Part shown: one piece after another, positions 60,327 to 64,000 of the stretch | Numbering within the stretch: position 1 is the first letter of the stretch | Layout of the letters: each line of letters starts with the position of its first letter | Source: Candidatus Aegiribacteria sp. | GTDB taxonomy: Bacteria > Fermentibacterota > Fermentibacteria > Fermentibacterales > JCC-6 | Direction: 5' to 3' | DNA length: 64,000 bases | Assembly (NCBI GenBank): GCA_030594645.1 | Contig: JAUVEU010000007.1 | Coordinates: 1,158 to 65,157, forward strand | The notes under the pieces: generated by a model | The model's database searches: none | What the model saw: only the letters and a program-made list of their open reading frames with translations | What the model was told of the DNA's origin: nothing | Position numbers and translations under genes: made by a program

Positions 60327-60584
60327 TTATCTGTAGTGTTCCCTTACGTAGGGAAGCAATGCAAAAAATCTTGCTACCTTGATGGCATTCGCGATTCTTC
60401 TCTGATGTTTAGCACAGTTACCGGTTACTCTCCTGGCAATGATTTTCCCTCTGTCGGAGATGTGTCTCTGGAGCATCTTATCGTTCTTGTATGATATTTC
60501 CAGCTGTGGATTTCCGCAAAAACGGCATTTCTTTTTACGTCCGAATTTACTGCTCTTTTTCTTCATTCGTTTTTTTGTGACCAA
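60327..60584 (-). CDS. rpsR: 30S ribosomal protein S18 (zinc-binding form)
   Basis: CRFC...RGKI..RR.TG.CAKHQR..AIK.AR..ALLPY. Confidence 0.97.
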   Translation of the reverse strand: MVTKKRMKKKSSKFGRKKKCRFCGNPQLEISYKNDKMLQRHISDRGKIIARRVTGNCAKHQRRIANAIKVARFFALLPYVREHYR

Positions 60585-60605
60585 ATCAGTTCCTCCTGCT
60601 GGTCT

Positions 60606-60959
60606 TTATGATCTTGCTTCCAGCGATTCAACACCGGATGCTTTTACGATCATTCTGTGATGTAGTCCCTTTGATCTGTCTTCGTACGATCTGCTGACAA
60701 GACTGCCCTCAACCAGAACTGTAGAACCGCTCTTTATCCGTCTGTCTATTTCCTCTGCCAGGTTGCCCCAGGCTTCAACTGAGAGAATAGAGGAAGTCTT
60801 TCTTGCTTCCGCGGTTCCGGTGGCAAAAGTTACGGTACTCTCAACTTCAAACCTGATTACAAAGATATTGTACCTGGTAAGAGAGAGCTTTTCAATACGT
60901 TCCACCGTGCCTGTGAAAATGATGTAATTGAGTTCAGGCAATTCGTGAGGTACAGTCAT
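60606..60959 (-). CDS. tail-less SSB-family OB-fold protein (PriB-like position)
   Basis: N.I.F.G, VEAWG.LAE and GSTVLVEGSL.SRSYED motifs; no acidic C-terminal tail. Confidence 0.75.
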   Translation of the reverse strand: MTVPHELPELNYIIFTGTVERIEKLSLTRYNIFVIRFEVESTVTFATGTAEARKTSSILSVEAWGNLAEEIDRRIKSGSTVLVEGSLVSRSYEDRSKGLHHRMIVKASGVESLEARS

Positions 60960-60964
60960 GATAT

Positions 60965-61423
60965 CTAGAACGGAATGTCATCGTCCGGAGTCATAGGTTT
61001 AGACTCGGAGAATTCATTTCCCTCTGTAGAATCCTTACTTTTCTGTTCCTGCGGAGAATCCTGATAAGAGGAATCCTGGCCTCTGCGCTCCAGGAATTGA
61101 ATTCTTCTGGCGTTTATCTCCAGTCTGCTCCTCTGGTTTCCGTCCCGGTCTTCCCATGAATTGTAGACGAGTTCGCCCTCCACCATAACGGGAGAGCCCT
61201 TACGGCAGAATTCACCTACCAGTTCAGCGGTTTTTCGCCAGGCAATTACATTTACATAGCAGGTCTTTTCCTGCCACTCACCATTCCTGTCACGGTAACG
61301 CTGATTATTGGCGATAGACATCTTCGCGAGATGTGTTCCATTTTCAAGAATTCTTGCATCAGGGTCTCTGACCAGATTTCCGGAGATGATAACCTTATTG
61401 ATATTAGGCATCCTGAGATCCAT
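60965..61423 (-). CDS. ssb: single-stranded DNA-binding protein
   Basis: NKVIISGNL.RDP, KGSPV.VEG.L and terminal DDDIPF. ATG at 61423 after GGAGGTGG. Confidence 0.96.
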   Translation of the reverse strand: MDLRMPNINKVIISGNLVRDPDARILENGTHLAKMSIANNQRYRDRNGEWQEKTCYVNVIAWRKTAELVGEFCRKGSPVMVEGELVYNSWEDRDGNQRSRLEINARRIQFLERRGQDSSYQDSPQEQKSKDSTEGNEFSESKPMTPDDDIPF

Positions 61424-61778
61424 TACTGATATCCACCTCCTCCTCGTTGACACGGTCAAAGTCATCAAAGGAATTGACCGAAGCCACTCCATCATCATCA
61501 GACCGGAGCGTTGCATACCTGATACAGCCTTCGTGAATTCTCAGAAGCTTGTCGATTGAATCGATGATGTCAGTTTCACCATTCCATTTAATGAAATGGT
61601 AGATTCCTTCGGTCTGCTTTTTGATAGGATAGGCAAGCATTCGGCGGCCCCATTTGTCAGAGCCTTTGTACTCTCCCTTATTCCCTTTGATGATCTCAAC
61701 AACACGATCGTGCTCTTTTTCGATCTCAACTTCGGGAATACTGGCATTCCAGATTACTACAGTTTCATAGTCTCGCAA
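61404..61778 (-). CDS. rpsF: 30S ribosomal protein S6
   Basis: RDYETV and WGRRMLAYPIKK..EG.Y motifs. TTG start at 61778 after GAAGGAG. Confidence 0.95.
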   Translation of the reverse strand: MRDYETVVIWNASIPEVEIEKEHDRVVEIIKGNKGEYKGSDKWGRRMLAYPIKKQTEGIYHFIKWNGETDIIDSIDKLLRIHEGCIRYATLRSDDDGVASVNSFDDFDRVNEEEVDISNGSQDA

Positions 61779-61786
61779 ACCAGAAA

Positions 61787-61834
61787 CTCCTTCCAGATAG
61801 TGGTTAAACGCAAAGTAAAACCGGCCGGAAGGAG
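61787..61834 (-). promoter_or_regulatory. S6:S18-type autoregulatory leader of the rpsF operon
   Basis: mRNA CUCCUUCCGG pairs with CUGGAAGGAG (the SD); adjacent CCG in an internal loop; inner GGUU/AACC stem. Confidence 0.6.
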
Positions 61835-61979
61835 AAATAGAACTCATTTGTGTTTATCGCTTCCGGTCCGGTAACCTGCGTTACTACGGGCTGCGCAGAT
61901 AATGCGCAGCAAACGACAGGGCAATAATCAGACAATTACGGTCAAAGGTCAAGTCCTGAGTTGGTAATACTTACGGATT

Positions 61980-63500
61980 TCAGCTCATATACAGTTTCCG
62001 GCTGCCGAAAACAGGATTGGAGGTTACGTTTATTCCAAGATTTCTTAAACCGTTTCCGTCTCCCGGAGAGGGCATGTGAGTAAGATGAGCTTCACAGCCT
62101 CTTAGTTCGATAAGCTTTCTCATGGCGCTTGCTGCTGCTTCAGAAGTCGCCGAACTTACACTCAGGGCAATAAGAACTTCCTCAAGGTCGAGATTGAGCG
62201 TGGGAATCTCCATTACTTTCTTAAGCTCTCTAATGGAATCGATGGTTGCCGGAGAAAGAAGAAGAACCTCTTTGCTGATCCCTGCCAGCTTCTTGACAGC
62301 ATTCAGAATAAGAGCTCCTGAAGCATGCATCAGATCGGAACTGGTGCCTGTGACGAAGCTGCCGTCCTTAAGCAGGATAGCCGCGGCTTTTCCGTTATCG
62401 ATACCTTCCTCGGATTCCTTTGAGCGCATCCTTCCGAGAGCAGGTTCCACAACAGGCCTGCAGGAAGGTGACAGATCGAAATCGCGCATCAGCAGTTCTA
62501 CTCTCTGTACCGTACCCTTATCCGCAAGCCCCATAACATATTCACAGCTGTAGCGGAAGTATCTTCTGATAATTTCCTGCATTGCCGCTTCTCTCACAAC
62601 CTCATCATCAGTTATACCGAATCCTGCTCTGTTCACACCCATGTCCGTAGGAGAATCGTAAGGTGACCTGTCTCCCGTTATCTTTTCCAGTATGCGCTTG
62701 AGCAGAGGAAAAGCCTCAACGTCACGATTGTAGTTAATGGCGATCTCTCCGCAGGCATCAAGATGAAACGGGTCCACCAGGTTAACATCCCGCAAGTCAG
62801 CAGTTGCCGCTTCATAAGCGGCATTGACAGGGTGCTTTAAAGGAAGGTTCCAGATAGGGAACGTTTCAAATTTCGCGTAATTCGAACGGATCCCGTTTCC
62901 ATGATCATGGTAAAGCTGTGAAAGACAGGTAGCAAGTTTTCCGCTGCCAGGACCGGGTCCCGTAACAACTACAAGAGGTTTGTGCGGCTCTATATAATCG
63001 TTTTTTCCATAGCCTTCAGGGCTTACGATAAGATCAACGTCAGTTGGATAACCCTTTGTGTAGTAATGCCTGAAAACATCTATATCCCGGCGTTTCAAAC
63101 GATTCTCGAAAGAGACTGCCGATGGCTGATTTTCAAATCTTGTTATCACAACACCTCTGAGATTGATTCCTCTTGAGCGAAACCCGTCGATGAGCATCAG
63201 GGCATCAGCGTCGTAGGTAATGCCGAAATCCCCTCTGATTTTCCTTTTTTCGATATCCCCCGCATAGATACAGAGTATGATTTCCGCCCTGTCACGAAGT
63301 TTCTCAAGAAGCCGGATTTTGACATTCGGGTCGTAACCGGGGAGAACCCTGGAAGCATGATGGTCATACATGAGCTTGCCGCCGAATTCAAGGTAGAGAC
63401 GGCTGTCAGAGCTTTGCACTCTTGAAAGAATCTCACGCGATTGTTCTTCAAGGTATTTCTCGTTGTTAAAACCGATTTTGTAAACCAAGTGAAACCCCAT
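61980..63500 (-). CDS. DUF1846 (UPF0371) family protein
   Basis: LYLEFGGKL..DHHASRVLPG, PGPGSGKLATCLSQLYH, KFETFPIWNLPL.HPVN and PTDMGVN motifs. Confidence 0.9.
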   Translation of the reverse strand: MGFHLVYKIGFNNEKYLEEQSREILSRVQSSDSRLYLEFGGKLMYDHHASRVLPGYDPNVKIRLLEKLRDRAEIILCIYAGDIEKRKIRGDFGITYDADALMLIDGFRSRGINLRGVVITRFENQPSAVSFENRLKRRDIDVFRHYYTKGYPTDVDLIVSPEGYGKNDYIEPHKPLVVVTGPGPGSGKLATCLSQLYHDHGNGIRSNYAKFETFPIWNLPLKHPVNAAYEAATADLRDVNLVDPFHLDACGEIAINYNRDVEAFPLLKRILEKITGDRSPYDSPTDMGVNRAGFGITDDEVVREAAMQEIIRRYFRYSCEYVMGLADKGTVQRVELLMRDFDLSPSCRPVVEPALGRMRSKESEEGIDNGKAAAILLKDGSFVTGTSSDLMHASGALILNAVKKLAGISKEVLLLSPATIDSIRELKKVMEIPTLNLDLEEVLIALSVSSATSEAAASAMRKLIELRGCEAHLTHMPSPGDGNGLRNLGINVTSNPVFGSRKLYMS

Positions 63501-63571
63501 TCAGGTCGGATAAGCTATTTTAAGTATTCTGATAGATAAGCCTGAATCACTGAATAGAAAAGGGGTAGATA

Positions 63572-63603
63572 CAAAAAAGGCGGGCCAATCGACCCGCCTT
63601 TTG
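63572..63603 (-). terminator. rho-independent terminator
   Basis: Minus strand aaaaggcgggtc-gatt-ggcccgcc followed by TTTTTT. Confidence 0.8.
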
Positions 63604-63623
63604 CTTAATCGAAAAGTATCAGA

Positions 63624-64000
63624 TTATCGGATAACCATTGCCTGCCTGGTAAGGGTTCCTTCCTCGGTGGTAAGGCGGATGAAGTAAACGCCGCTGGCAA
63701 TTTGAGAACCCGGTGTCCACTGAAGGGAGTGGCTGCCTGAATCAAGAGAACCGTTGTGAATGGTCTCGACCATGCGACCGGAGACATCATATACGGCAAG
63801 TTCCACACTCCCGGCAACCGGAATACTGAAACCGATGGAAGCGCTTACTGTGATCGGATTGGGAACGGGCCGTTCAAACATGAAGACGTCGGCATCACCT
63901 GAGGTTTCAGCAACGCCGGTACCGATGACAATACTGTGAAGATCGTAACTGTAATCATGAAGGAACGCGCCAATATGAATTGTCCCGCTTGCAGGGACAG
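63624..64000 (-). CDS. secreted protein with C-terminal T9SS type A/FlgD-Ig-like domain (5' part outside window)
   Basis: PNP...VYDVSGR.V...G...W...ASGVYF.RL; the frame is open to the window edge. Confidence 0.85.
   Translation of the reverse strand, partial: VPASGTIHIGAFLHDYSYDLHSIVIGTGVAETSGDADVFMFERPVPNPITVSASIGFSIPVAGSVELAVYDVSGRMVETIHNGSLDSGSHSLQWTPGSQIASGVYFIRLTTEEGTLTRQAMVIR

Noticed and set aside
61890-61910. GCTGCGCA-gataa-TGCGCAGC hairpin upstream of rpsF
   Set aside because: Single short stem with no U-tract or second copy; no function can be supported.

Overview
This is the chromosomal replication-origin region of an anaerobic, fermentative bacterium. C-terminal TWGxIK and FlgD-Ig/T9SS-like tails on secreted proteins suggest an FCB-group candidate phylum such as Fermentibacterota/Hyd24-12; this is inference only. 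Left to right the window holds: (1) a surface-glycan locus with three B12-binding radical SAM genes, three GT2s, a GT-C/ArnT-like protein and an NDP-sugar epimerase; (2) a PHP phosphatase, elbB and two secreted TWGxIK-tail proteins with REP-like palindromes; (3) a complete Na+-type V/A-ATPase operon preceded by a DnaA-box cluster; (4) bactofilin, asparaginase and a ~1200 aa orphan coupled to gyrA; (5) gyrA-gyrB-dciA-dnaN-oriC-dnaA, with no recF; (6) rpmH-rnpA-yidD-yidC, a long hairpin element, then mnmE-mnmG (two parS sites)-rsmG-parA-parB and a ferredoxin; (7) a GT4/formyltransferase/deacetylase triple fusion; (8) ptb-buk-iorAB plus a radical SAM gene; (9) nnr, acpS, tsaD; (10) rpsF-ssb-ssb paralog-rpsR-DUF2232-rplI, DUF1846 and a truncated secreted protein. 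No rRNA, tRNA, CRISPR array or transposase was seen. All calls come from motif recognition by eye; no database searches were run.
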